From Emiliania huxleyi CCMP1516 (lineage: Eukaryota), in contig NW_005201286.1 of the NCBI RefSeq assembly GCF_000372725.1, positions 292,105-349,176 of the forward strand: a stretch of 57,072 nt of DNA, given 5' to 3'. Within the stretch, counting starts at the first letter, position 1, and the number at the start of each line of letters is the position of its first letter. Made by a program: the position numbers and the translations under genes. The notes under the pieces are model-generated. The model was not told where the DNA came from, did not search any database, and worked only from the letters and a program-made list of their open reading frames with translations. Shown in pieces: positions 23,132 through 32,800 of the stretch.

Positions 23132-23319
23132 CATTAGAGAGATGGATTGCGCTGTGGAGGACATACAGTCGAGTCCGCCCCGAGCAAAAGAGCAGTTGCC
23201 GGGCCGGGGCTACAACTCCCGCGTCCCGGGTCTGGCCGGCGCAAGCGCGCAACAGTGGAACGTAGTTTCCGTGGAGTACGTTGGTCCGTTATACTCGTAG
23301 TCGTACTATTCCCAACCCT

Positions 23320-25074
23320 CTAGAGGCTCACGTGCATAGCCTCAAGAGGCAGAGCCTCCCCGCAGACGGCCAGCACGGCCACGACCGCCGCGGCCGCCGC
23401 TCCAAACTGCACTCCGACGTCTCTCCAGCCGACGGAGGCGTCCCGTGGCTGGGAGCGGAGCGCTGCCGTCGCCTGGTCGACAGCCCACGCCGCCGGGCAC
23501 GCGGCGAGAAAAGTGCCGCATGCCGCCGCCGTTGCCACGAGCGCAGCCAGCGGCGCGCAGCGCAGGGCCCACGCCGCGGGAGCCTCTCCGCGTCGGCTGC
23601 GCGGCATGGAGACTCGCTCGGCGGCCAGGGCGATGGCGAGGACGGCGACTGCCGCGGCGGTGCCGCCGTGCGAGCGAGTGAGAGCGGGCAAGCACCAAGC
23701 AAACAGGACGCCCCACCGCCAAAGCGCGAAGGCGTGCCAAGCGACGAGAGGGCCCAAGCGGCCGTCCCAGCCCCGCTCTCGCGCGGAGCGCGCCGCCGCA
23801 GCCAGCGCTGGCGCGAGCGCGGCGCACAGCAGCGCCTGGGCACCGAGCGCGCACCAGTCGATCCCAAGCGAAGCTCCGGAGGCTCCAAGCGACGCGCGAG
23901 CGGCGAGCCCTTGCGGCGGGTGCATCGGCCGCGCGATCTCGCTCCGCTCTGCCGTGAGCCAGAAGCTCGCCGCCGCGGAGATAGGCGACTCGCCGACCAG
24001 GTCTGCCAGCGTCGCGCCCCGCGCCAGCAGGACAAACGCACACGGGAGCAGCACGCCCGCCATGTGCAGCGCCGCCGCCGCCGCCGCCTCCAGCCAGGGG
24101 GTCGGAGGGCGGGCGCCCCGCTCCTCCGCGCCTCGCCTAAGGAGCTTAGTTCGGCCAGGCGGAGGCCGGCTGCGGAAGGGGGGAGGCGCCGGCCGCGGCC
24201 TGCCCGCTGCGTCCGCCCGCCGCCCCTCCTCCACGCGCCGGCGAGCCTCGAGTACGGCGAGGAAGGCGGCGGCGGAGGCGGCGACTAGAGACGGCTCGAG
24301 GAGGAGCGCCTGCTCGCGGGACACACGCCGGGTCACACGCCATGGAGGGGCGAGGCTCCTCTTGGGCGGCACGGCTCGAGGCGGGCGTGCCGAGCGGCGG
24401 TGCGACTCGTACGCGCGCCCGTGCCGGCTGTCCTCCTTCGGCGGGCCTCGCCAGCCTCGCAAGCCGCGCAAGCCTCGCCAGGCGCGGCTTAGGCGAGAGG
24501 CGAGCGCTCGGCCCGAAGGCCTACTGCCGGCGGGAGCAGGCGAGGGGGCGCCTCCGCTGCTGCGGCGGTACTTGTGACACCACCACACGGCTCGCGTGCG
24601 CCTCTCCGGCTGGCCGAGCGGAGAGAGAGAGCCGTATGCACGGACCGTCACTTCGATGTCCAGCCTCGCCAGCTGGCGCAGCGCCGCCGGCACCTCGAAC
24701 GAGGCGACCCGATATGGCGCCCGCTCCGGCGCGGAGGCGCACCGGCGAGGGTACGGCGCGCAGGCCGACCGGTGGCTCGCTTTCGCGGCCTCCCTCGCCT
24801 TGGAGCCCGACGGGTCGCAAAGGTCTTGCGGGAAGGTGCCGAACGCGCCGATGAATGCGTTTAGCAGAGGTGTTGAGGTGCGCACGTCAACGAAATACGT
24901 GCTCACGTTGAGTCCGCACGCAGACTCATGAGGCGACCACGGGATCAACAGGTGTGAGCCGTTGTCGATCGGCGGCGCCCACCGCTCGAGCTGGTCGGCA
25001 GGTTGCACAGGGAGAAAGCCGCTGCCCGACGCAGAGTCACAGAAGCCGACCTCGAGCCCGCCGCCGCCGCGCAT
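23320..25074 (-). CDS. Hypothetical membrane protein (Cys-containing N-terminal region, multiple hydrophobic C-terminal helices); may contain in-frame introns
   Basis: Long ORF (first ATG at 25074) with several Ala/Leu-rich TM-like segments. No recognisable family. Confidence 0.5.
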   Translation of the reverse strand: MRGGGGLEVGFCDSASGSGFLPVQPADQLERWAPPIDNGSHLLIPWSPHESACGLNVSTYFVDVRTSTPLLNAFIGAFGTFPQDLCDPSGSKAREAAKASHRSACAPYPRRCASAPERAPYRVASFEVPAALRQLARLDIEVTVRAYGSLSPLGQPERRTRAVWWCHKYRRSSGGAPSPAPAGSRPSGRALASRLSRAWRGLRGLRGWRGPPKEDSRHGRAYESHRRSARPPRAVPPKRSLAPPWRVTRRVSREQALLLEPSLVAASAAAFLAVLEARRRVEEGRRADAAGRPRPAPPPFRSRPPPGRTKLLRRGAEERGARPPTPWLEAAAAAALHMAGVLLPCAFVLLARGATLADLVGESPISAAASFWLTAERSEIARPMHPPQGLAARASLGASGASLGIDWCALGAQALLCAALAPALAAAARSARERGWDGRLGPLVAWHAFALWRWGVLFAWCLPALTRSHGGTAAAVAVLAIALAAERVSMPRSRRGEAPAAWALRCAPLAALVATAAACGTFLAACPAAWAVDQATAALRSQPRDASVGWRDVGVQFGAAAAAVVAVLAVCGEALPLEAMHVSL

Positions 25075-25221
25075 GTCAGGGAGAGCGGGACGGAGCAGCG
25101 AGCCGTCTTGGCTGGTAAACCAACTCGCCCGAACCGCCCAAGTGAAAAAAGAAAAATTCGAAAGCGGCCCTGATGTGAGGTTGCCAACTGCACTCCGAGT
25201 GCAAGTACGCCGCGCAGGCAA

Positions 25222-25298
25222 AGAGGTCGGACGGTCTCGGGCTAGCACCGCATCCGCAGCTGTGCGGTTTCGGGTGCGGCCGTCATAGAGTCGCCTCC
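25222..25298 (-). promoter_or_regulatory. Candidate form-II SECIS element in the DsbA 3' UTR
   Basis: Minus strand: GAGGCG..ATGAC-GGCCGCACCCG-AAA-CCGCA(cagc)TGCGG-AT-GCGGTGCTAGCC-CGAG..CGACCTC. This gives an AUGA/GA core, ~11-nt helix II, apical AAA and a ministem, ~55-130 nt past the stop. Confidence 0.75.
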
Positions 25299-25351
25299 AC
25301 ACGCGCGCATGCTGGGGACGCGCCCGCCCTCACGGCTCGCCGCCGATCTCC

Positions 25352-26032
25352 TCACGCCGCCGCCTGCTCGGCCAGCACCTCGGCGATGACCTCGCTCGGC
25401 TGCGCGCCAGAGAAGGCCACCGGCTCGCCGTTGCCGCTCGCCGGGTGCACGACGAAGAATGGGACGCCGCGCACGCCCTGCCGCGACCAGCCCGTCGCCT
25501 TGGCGTCCACCTCGCGCTGGAATGCGTCCGAGTGAAGCGCCTTGCCCGCAGCCTCGCCATCGAGGCCGCACGCGGCCGCGCACGCCACGAGCTCTTCGCG
25601 CCGCGAGAGGTCGCGGGCGTCCTCGAAGTAGGCTTTGAAGAGCGTCTCCATTAGTGGGTCGACCGTCTGCGGCTGCGTCGCCTTGCACCACTCGACGAGC
25701 CGGTGCGAGTCGCCCGTGCGGATGATGCGACGCTGCTTGTTGAAGCTGATGCCGACCTTGCCGGCGGCGCAGTCAAGCGGGTTGTCGGGCGCGTCGAAGC
25801 GCGCGACTGCCGCCGGCCCATACTTGGCCGTTAGGTGCTCCATCAGGTCCTCGCCTTCGGCCGGCGTGTTCTGGTTCAGGTAGAAAGGCTGCCAGTCGAC
25901 GTCCAGCGCGACCTTGGCCGACAACGCGGCCGACTCGAGGTGGCGCTTGCCGACCCAGCACCAGGGTCATATGGTGTCCGAGATGAGCGTGACGCGCAGG
26001 GCGGCGGCGCGGGCAGCGGCGGCCATATACAT
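25352..26032 (-). CDS. DsbA/FrnE-like thioredoxin-fold selenoprotein (U-P-W-C; Sec TGA at 25969-25967)
   Basis: Reading upstream in frame with ORF 25352..25924 gives MYMAAAARAAALRVTLISDTI[TGA]PWCWVGKRHLE...WQPFYLN...GVRGVPFFV. The TGA aligns with the first Cys of the FrnE CPWC motif. Confidence 0.88.
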
Positions 26033-26297
26033 GGTGTGTGGCCTCCGCGTGAAACAGCGGCGACAGGCGCTGCCTCTCGGGTTGATGATGGAATTCTTTT
26101 TCAGTGACCTGGTCGTCCGTCGTCATTACCTACTACTACTACTTGACGCTTTTCTTTCTTTCTTCCCGCTCAAAGCTCTTGCGGCGCATGAAATTACTCG
26201 TCCGGAGCGTTACACGCCGATATCCGCGCGGCGCGGGCCTCCTTCTCCCTCGAGCGACCCGTGAGGTGAGTCCAATCTCCAACATCGTCGGCAGCCG

Positions 26298-27362
26298 ATG
26301 CCGACGCCGCAGATTCCCAGCTGTCCAAGCTGGGATTGCTCGGTCCTGGGCCAGGTCTGCACGGAGGGCTCCGGCTACACCTGCTGCGCCGCGGTCCTCC
26401 CTGAGCACGTCGGTGACTGCTCGGGAAGCCTATGTTGGTTTGAAAACAGCGGCCTTCCCTCCGGAGAAGTCTGCTCCGCCTCGCCCGCAGTCCCACCGCC
26501 ATTGTTGCCACAGCTATCGCCGCCGCCACCGCCTGCGCTGCCACCGCCGCCGCCGCCGCTGCTGCCGCCGCTAGCACCAGGGCAGATTCCCAGCTGTCCA
26601 AGCTGGGACTGCTCGGTCTTGGGCCAGGTCTGCACGGAGGGCTCCGGCTACACCTGCTGCGCCGCGGCGAACGTCCCTGAAGACTGCTCGGGAATGTGTT
26701 GGTTTGACAACAGCGGCCTGCCCTCCGGAGAAGTCTGCTCCGCCTCGCCATGCTCAAATCACTGCCAGCTCAATACAACGATCATCATCGTCATGTCGGT
26801 GCTTGGGCTGCTGATCGCTATAGCGGGTATCCTAGTTTGCTTCTACATAGCGAGGAGGCGCAGAAGGCTCAGGCAGGTGGCACCACCCGGCTCGGCAGTG
26901 TCCCAACGCAAGGGCAGCGCCTGCGATGTGTTCGGCAGCTACAAGCAGAATGACGGCACAGACGGATTGCTGTTCAACCTCTTCTACACTCTGGAGATGA
27001 AAGGCATCGACCTCTGGCTCGACAAGAAGCGCGGGAGCGAGCGCAGCGAGGCGGGCATGCGGGCTGGCGTGCGGGCCTGCAAGCTGTTCTGCGCGGTCAT
27101 CTCGCCGAAATACTTTGAGTCAGCCTTCTGCCTTTTGGAGCTACGCACGGCGCTCTCCCACAAGAAGCCGATCGTTGTCTGCTTCAACAGCAGCAAGTTC
27201 ACGGTGCAGCAGGCGATGTCCTGGATCCCGGAGGAGTTCAGGGGGCGGCTGCTGAGCAATGAGGTTGTCGCGCTGCACGAGGACGACGAGTACATGCGGG
27301 TTGGTGTGGAGAAGGTCGCGGCGCAGCTCAGTCTGAGCTCGCCCGAGCAGTCACTCAGTTAA
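26298..27362 (+). CDS. Single-pass receptor-like protein: two Cys-rich repeats, Pro linker, TM and cytoplasmic TIR domain
   Basis: Near-identical repeats at 26309-26485 and 26582-26749 (CPSWDC...C...CC...C...CWF...C). TM IIIVMSVLGLLIAIAGILVCFYIA followed by RRRRR. TIR motifs: DVFGSY, LWLDK, VISPKYFESAFCLLEL, PIVV. Confidence 0.85.
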   Translation: MPTPQIPSCPSWDCSVLGQVCTEGSGYTCCAAVLPEHVGDCSGSLCWFENSGLPSGEVCSASPAVPPPLLPQLSPPPPPALPPPPPPLLPPLAPGQIPSCPSWDCSVLGQVCTEGSGYTCCAAANVPEDCSGMCWFDNSGLPSGEVCSASPCSNHCQLNTTIIIVMSVLGLLIAIAGILVCFYIARRRRRLRQVAPPGSAVSQRKGSACDVFGSYKQNDGTDGLLFNLFYTLEMKGIDLWLDKKRGSERSEAGMRAGVRACKLFCAVISPKYFESAFCLLELRTALSHKKPIVVCFNSSKFTVQQAMSWIPEEFRGRLLSNEVVALHEDDEYMRVGVEKVAAQLSLSSPEQSLS

Positions 27363-28076
27363 CACACACCACACACACACGTATGTGCCCATTGCGTCCT
27401 TATCTCTCCGACTCCGTGGCAGCTGGCCAGTTGGCACTATGACCGTGTGCGCACCCATCCGCCCTCGCCGTCGCCTCGCCGAGCGGCGAGCGCCCGTCGA
27501 GAGCCGGAGAGGTGGGGCAGGTGCGCACCTCTCGTAGAGAAAAGCAGCCACGTGTATGTACGCGTCACCCACGCCGAAGCGAGGAAAGTGAGCCACTGGC
27601 GCCCGCTGTATCCTGTAATAACTTAAGTGGAAACCGAGCTCGGCTCGCCGCCCGAAATATCGAATAGCATGCGACGTAGCTGAGAGAATAACAAAAAACA
27701 GACAACCCCGTCAGCGTGTGACAAAACGATATAGAAAAACAACCCAGTAACGAACTGACAGCCCCCTCCCTCCCCGCGGCCGCGCGCTCTCATGTATGGC
27801 CGTGCACACACACGCCCAGAGAGTGGAGCTGCATCACAGTCTAGCACGCGAAGCGCGCTGCCTCCGCCTGGTCCAGCTCGCGCGGCGCCACATGCGACAC
27901 AGCTGGCAGTGTGCCCTGCCGGCCCCCGCGACATGTACATGTACATGTCTACGCGAGTTCACCACGCCGGCCGCGTCCTATCGGTCTCGGACAGTAAAGC
28001 CGTAGCCCTCAGGGCCAACTCGTCACTAAAGTAAAGAGCAGCCGCAGCCGCGTGCACGGCCACGGGGAAAAGTAAC

Positions 28077-29396
28077 TTAAAGCAGCATGATGTCCTTCAC
28101 GTACTTGTTCTTGAGCTCAGCTTGGTCGAGCTTGAAGACGCGTCCAAAGCCGCGGTTGCCCCTGTTTTCGACCACGTTGGACTCGCCACCATAGTTGCTG
28201 CCACCGAGGACGATGTCAAGGTAGCCGCTTCCGTAGACGTCGCCCAAGGCGACCGCGCCGTCGGTACGAGGCCCGACCACTTGGTAGTAGTCAAAGAAGT
28301 CGTCGCCGTCGTGGGCGTCTGGCTTGTTCCAGAGCACCCAGTTGTCGTACGTGCCGCAAAAGACGACATCCGGGGCGCCGTCGCCGTCCATGTCGCCGAT
28401 CGCGAGGTCGGACCTGGTATCACAGACAGGAAGGTAGGTGGGTTATGGGTGAGCACATCAGTACGGGAAGGTTGTCGGTTGGTTTGCTGGGGTGGGGGGG
28501 GGGGGGGCGCACGAGCCAGAAGACGACCCAACTTTCGGGAGCTCGACAGAGGTGGTGAAATTGCCATCGCCCGGGTTGAGGAAGAGGATGTTGTTCTGCA
28601 GGTAGCACGCGAGCACGAGATCGAGGTGTCCGTCGCCGTTCATGTCGTGGAGGCCAATGGCGTTGACGTACTTCTCTGTGAGCGTGACCACGTCGAAGGT
28701 GCCGTCGCCGTTGTTCTTGAGCAGCTTCGCGCCCCCATACAGCTGGAATCCGAGGACGATGTCGTTCATGCCGTCGCCGGTCACGTCGCCAATAACGGCC
28801 GAGGTGCCATCCAACTCGCCGCCCGGCAGCACCACCGGCGCCTCAAAGACGGTGCCTCCCTTGCCGTACATGATGGACGACTCTTGTTTGGCGCCGTTGC
28901 TGCAGCCGTTGCCGTTGGCAAAGACGAGGTCGTCAAAGCCGTCCCCGTCCACGTCGCCGACGGCGACGCCGCACGTCGACAGCTTATCGGTGCCGTTCAG
29001 ATCAATCGGGTCGTCAAAGCCGCCGTCCCCGTTCCCGAGGAGGAGCTGGTTGGGTGCGTTGTCCCAGCCGGTGTAGCGGTTGCCGAGGAGCAGGTCTGGC
29101 GTCCCGTCGCCGTTGAAGTCGCCGCGCGCGACCGAGGTGGTCTCGAGCGCAGTGCCGGGCATTTCCTCTCCTGCAAAGCCGCCATTGCCGTCGTTGAGAA
29201 GCAGCACGTTGCTGGAGGAGCCGCCGGTGCCGAAGAAGAGATCGACGACCGGTGGTGGCAGCGGCGACGGAGACGGAGACGGAGAAGGGGAGGGCGACGG
29301 AGAGGGTGAACCCTCAGGGACTGAGGAGAACGCCGAAACGGAGGCCACAAGAAAAGGCACGAAGACGGAAAGCGAGCGCAGAGAGCGCATCACCAT
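28077..29396 (-). CDS. Secreted FG-GAP/VCBS-repeat protein; exons 29396-28513 and 28413-28077
   Basis: Signal peptide, (SP)n linker, repeated GDxxGDGxxDL and LLLNxGxGxF motifs. GT-AG intron 28512-28414 joins the two ORFs. Confidence 0.88.
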
Positions 29397-29547
29397 GGGT
29401 GGGAGTGATGGACCAACCAAAAGGCAGCGGGGTACCGAGGCGGTGGCGCCAGCGGGATTTTTCTTTTTTCTAAGAGAGAGAAAAGTCTTATCCTAACGGT
29501 GTGGGGGCGCGGAGGGCTTGTTGGCGAGCCAAAATGGTGTTTTCCGA

Positions 29548-29668
29548 GGCGCTGCGCTAGGCTCAGAGCGAGTTCGCGCTGCGCTAGGCTCAGACGGCGA
29601 GTTCGCGCTGCGCTAGGCCCAGACGGCGAGTTCGCGCTGCGCTAGGCTCACAGATGCGAGTGCGCTGC
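29548..29668. repeat. Tandem repeat of a ~29-bp unit (gcgctgcgctaggctcagacggcgagttc), ~4 copies
   Basis: Directly visible. It lies in the Helitron 3' subterminal region. Confidence 0.9.
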
Positions 29669-29744
29669 GATAGAAGAAAAAAACAGCTTCGAAACGACAA
29701 CCGAAGGGAGGACTGTGTAGTGTAATCATGTGTCAAGAATCACG

Positions 29745-29810
<66 letters not shown>
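29745..29810. repeat. (TGC)n microsatellite, ~22 units
   Basis: Directly visible just downstream of the RepHel stop. It produces the spurious polyA/polyC/polyL ORFs. Confidence 0.98.
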
Positions 29811-29854
29811 GCGGCGAGCGCCGTCGCCGAGGCGGGCCTCGGCGGAGAGCGCGA

Positions 29855-32800
29855 TTATGCGGCCTTTCCCGCGACCCGCACAAAGAAGAGGCGCCCTCCG
29901 TCAGCCTCGACCTGCCACCGGCTCGCGTCGACCGACCCGGCCGCGTGCCACACCTCCACAGCCCAGTGCGCCAGCCCGCAGAAGTTGCCCGTCGCCTCCT
30001 CGATGCCCCACCCCGTGGGCCACGCGGCCAAGGCGGTGCCGAGAGGCGGCGGCGGCGCCGCGGTCGCCTCGAGACGCGCCGCGACGGCGTCAAAGGCGAT
30101 CCGCCTCGCGCCCGTCGCGGCCGCCTCGGCCAGCAGCGCCTCCCCGGCCAGCCGCGGGAGGTCGCCCTCCGTCTCGAACCAGCACGACGAGCGGCCGTCG
30201 GCGCACGCCTCGTCCCACGCCTTGAGCTGGCGGACAAAGGCCGCCAAGCTCTTGAGGTGTGCATACTTGCGCTCGGTGTGCGCGCTCGCCATCTTCAGCC
30301 GCGCGTCCTCCCACCGCCGGCTCGCCATGCCGGGCGCGCTGTTGACGTACCTGCGACGGAAGGGGGGGGGGGGGGGAGCTCAAGCGACACGCGTCGCGAG
30401 CCAGGAACACAGAGCCCCGCACGTGATCCGGTCGGCGTCGATCGCCTCGCCCAGCGCCCAGTCCGAGTCCTTCTCGACGCGCGAGAAGAGCGTGTAAATG
30501 AGGCCGAGGAACAGCTTCTCCATCGAGATGTGGTTGGCGACGTGCGCGATCATGAACTCGACGTCCTTGCTGTCGCCGAAGCTCCCCCCCTGGGTCTTGT
30601 GCGCGACCGTCGCGTACCCCGCGCGCAGAGGCACGCCCGTGCGCGTCGCGTGCCTAGATCGTCACTGCACCAAAGTCAGGGCGCGAGCACTCACGGTGAC
30701 GAGCAAAGTCGGGCATCGAATTCACGGGGCTGCGAGTTTTGCCGATGCGGCCAAATGCAGTGTGCGCTCTCGAGTGCTAGTCGGAATGCACGGATCTGTA
30801 TTCTTTATCTAAGGCTGCGTTCCCGGCGCGCTGGCCCGTCGCGCCCGACTCGTCCTTGCTGAAGCTGCGGTTGACTGGAACGGGGACCCACTTCTCGCGG
30901 CCAGCGCCGCGAAAGAAAGCGGGGCCGTCGTAGGCCGGAAAGCTGACGACGGCGGCGACCGGAAAGTGCTGCGGAGGCTGCTCGCCGGGCTTGAAGAGGA
31001 AGGCGACGATCGTCCCCCGCGCGCCGTTGTTGAGCTTGAAGAAGACGCACTGGTTCTTGGTCAACACGGTGGGCGAGCCCACCGCGCCCAGGAAGGTGCG
31101 AGGGATCTGGCCAACCTCCTTATCGGGGCCTTTGGGGGGCTGGCCCTGCGTCTCGGAGGGCACCACACACACGGGGTGTTCCGTCGCCTTGCGATGCTCC
31201 TGCAGCCGCTGCGCGTTCATCTCGTTGGTTGGCGCCCACGTCTCGTAGACGTCGAGGACGCGCTTGCCCGCGGCGGCCTGCCGCTCGGCTGCCGGCAGCC
31301 GGTGCCAGAGGCGCGACATGCACTGCTGCCAGTGCTCCTGCGTCGCCTATGGTATTCGAAGAGGGCCGGTCGGTCCTGAGGGCACGCGCCGTGCTCTGTG
31401 TGACGCCAGCGCTCGCGCGTCGCCTCGCCGCGGCGGATGGCGAGGAGGCGCGCGAGCAGCGCCGCCTGGTCCGGCCCCTGGCGCATGGTCTCGTCGAGCA
31501 CGATCACGTCAAAGCCCTGGCGGCGCAGCTGCCAGCCGCGCTGCGCGATCGGGCCGCGCGACGAGCCCGGCTCGAGGTGCGCGCCGCCACCCTCGGAGGC
31601 GGGCAGCTGCCCGTGGTCGCCGCACAAGTTGGCGGCGGGGACGCCGCCAAACGAAGTCAGCTGGCGGGCGGACGGCGGCAGAGACGAGAGGCACGCCTGG
31701 CCCAGCCGCGCGTCGATCCACGCGATGTCCTCGGACGAGATCATACCGTCCTCGTCCAAGTTGAAGACGCGAGCCGCGCGCCTGCCGCGCTCGCCGGTCA
31801 GCCGCCGCAGCCGGTCCATCGGCTGCGCCCCGAGGGGCGCGTCGTGGACTGTGAAGGTGGCGCGGTGCTTGCGCGGCACCTCGCCGGCCGGCGTGATCGA
31901 GTGCCACGTCCGCCCCCCCGGGTTAAGCACCGCCGCCGACCCTGTGGGGGCGGCGTTGATCACCGCCAGGTTGTCGTTGAAGAGCCGGCGCGCAAAGAGG
32001 GTTACTCCCTACCAGAGAGGTGCGCCGTCCCAGGTCGGCCGAGGTGCGGCCGAGGCGCGGCCGAGGCGCGGCCGAGGCGCGGCCGAGAAGCGGACCTTCA
32101 CGACGAAGGACTTGCCGACGCCGGCCGTCCCAAAGATCTTGAGCCGGCTCTGAATCGGATACTCGTCCTCGTTCTCCGCAAGGCCGCCCTTCGCCTCGGC
32201 CGCACGCTCTCGCTCCCAGGCGTCAAGAAGCGCCTCAAAGTTGATGCTGAGGGCGAGACGCTGCAGCGCGTTGGCGCGGAAGAAGGAGGGCAGACGAGGC
32301 AGCGTCGCGCCCTCGCCCTGGCGGATGAACTCGCCCGCTTTCTCGCGCCCGGCAAGCGAATCAAGAGCCTGCCCGATCCCCGCCACCGCCTCCCAGTCGA
32401 GCACCGGTCCGCCGTCCGCGTTGAGGCACTGGATGCCGTAGTCGTGCCACGAGGTAGCCCACTCGGGAAGCCTGCAGTCCTCCGCATCGATGGTGCCGAG
32501 GTCGCCGTCGTCGGCTGCCGCCTCGAGCCCAGCCTCACCGAGCGCTCGCGCCTGCGCGTCCACCTCCTCCGCAAACCCCTGCCTCCACTCGCCCCTGTCG
32601 TCGCCGTCCGAGTCAGACTCGTTCCAAGCGGCCCCTGCACCGCCGGCGGCGAGGCCGTCGCCAGGCGAGGCGCCGTCGTGACCGCCGCCCGGGCGCGCCC
32701 GCCCGCGGGCAGCCTTCGCCGCCTCGGCCGCCGCCTTGCGCTCTGCACGTCGCCGCGCCCCCTCCACCTCCTCACGCACCATTCGGATGCGGCCGGCGCG

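Noticed and set aside
27619..28080. TAACTTAA direct repeat flanking ~450 bp next to the FG-GAP stop (possible TTAA-type insertion)
   Set aside because: No terminal inverted repeat inside the flanks, so it may be chance.
29548..29668. ~29-bp repeats resembling a CRISPR array
   Set aside because: The units are head-to-tail with no unique spacers or cas genes, in a eukaryotic context.
29728..30862. PolyAla/polyCys/polyLeu ORFs
   Set aside because: Artefacts of the (TGC)n microsatellite, antisense to the helicase exons.
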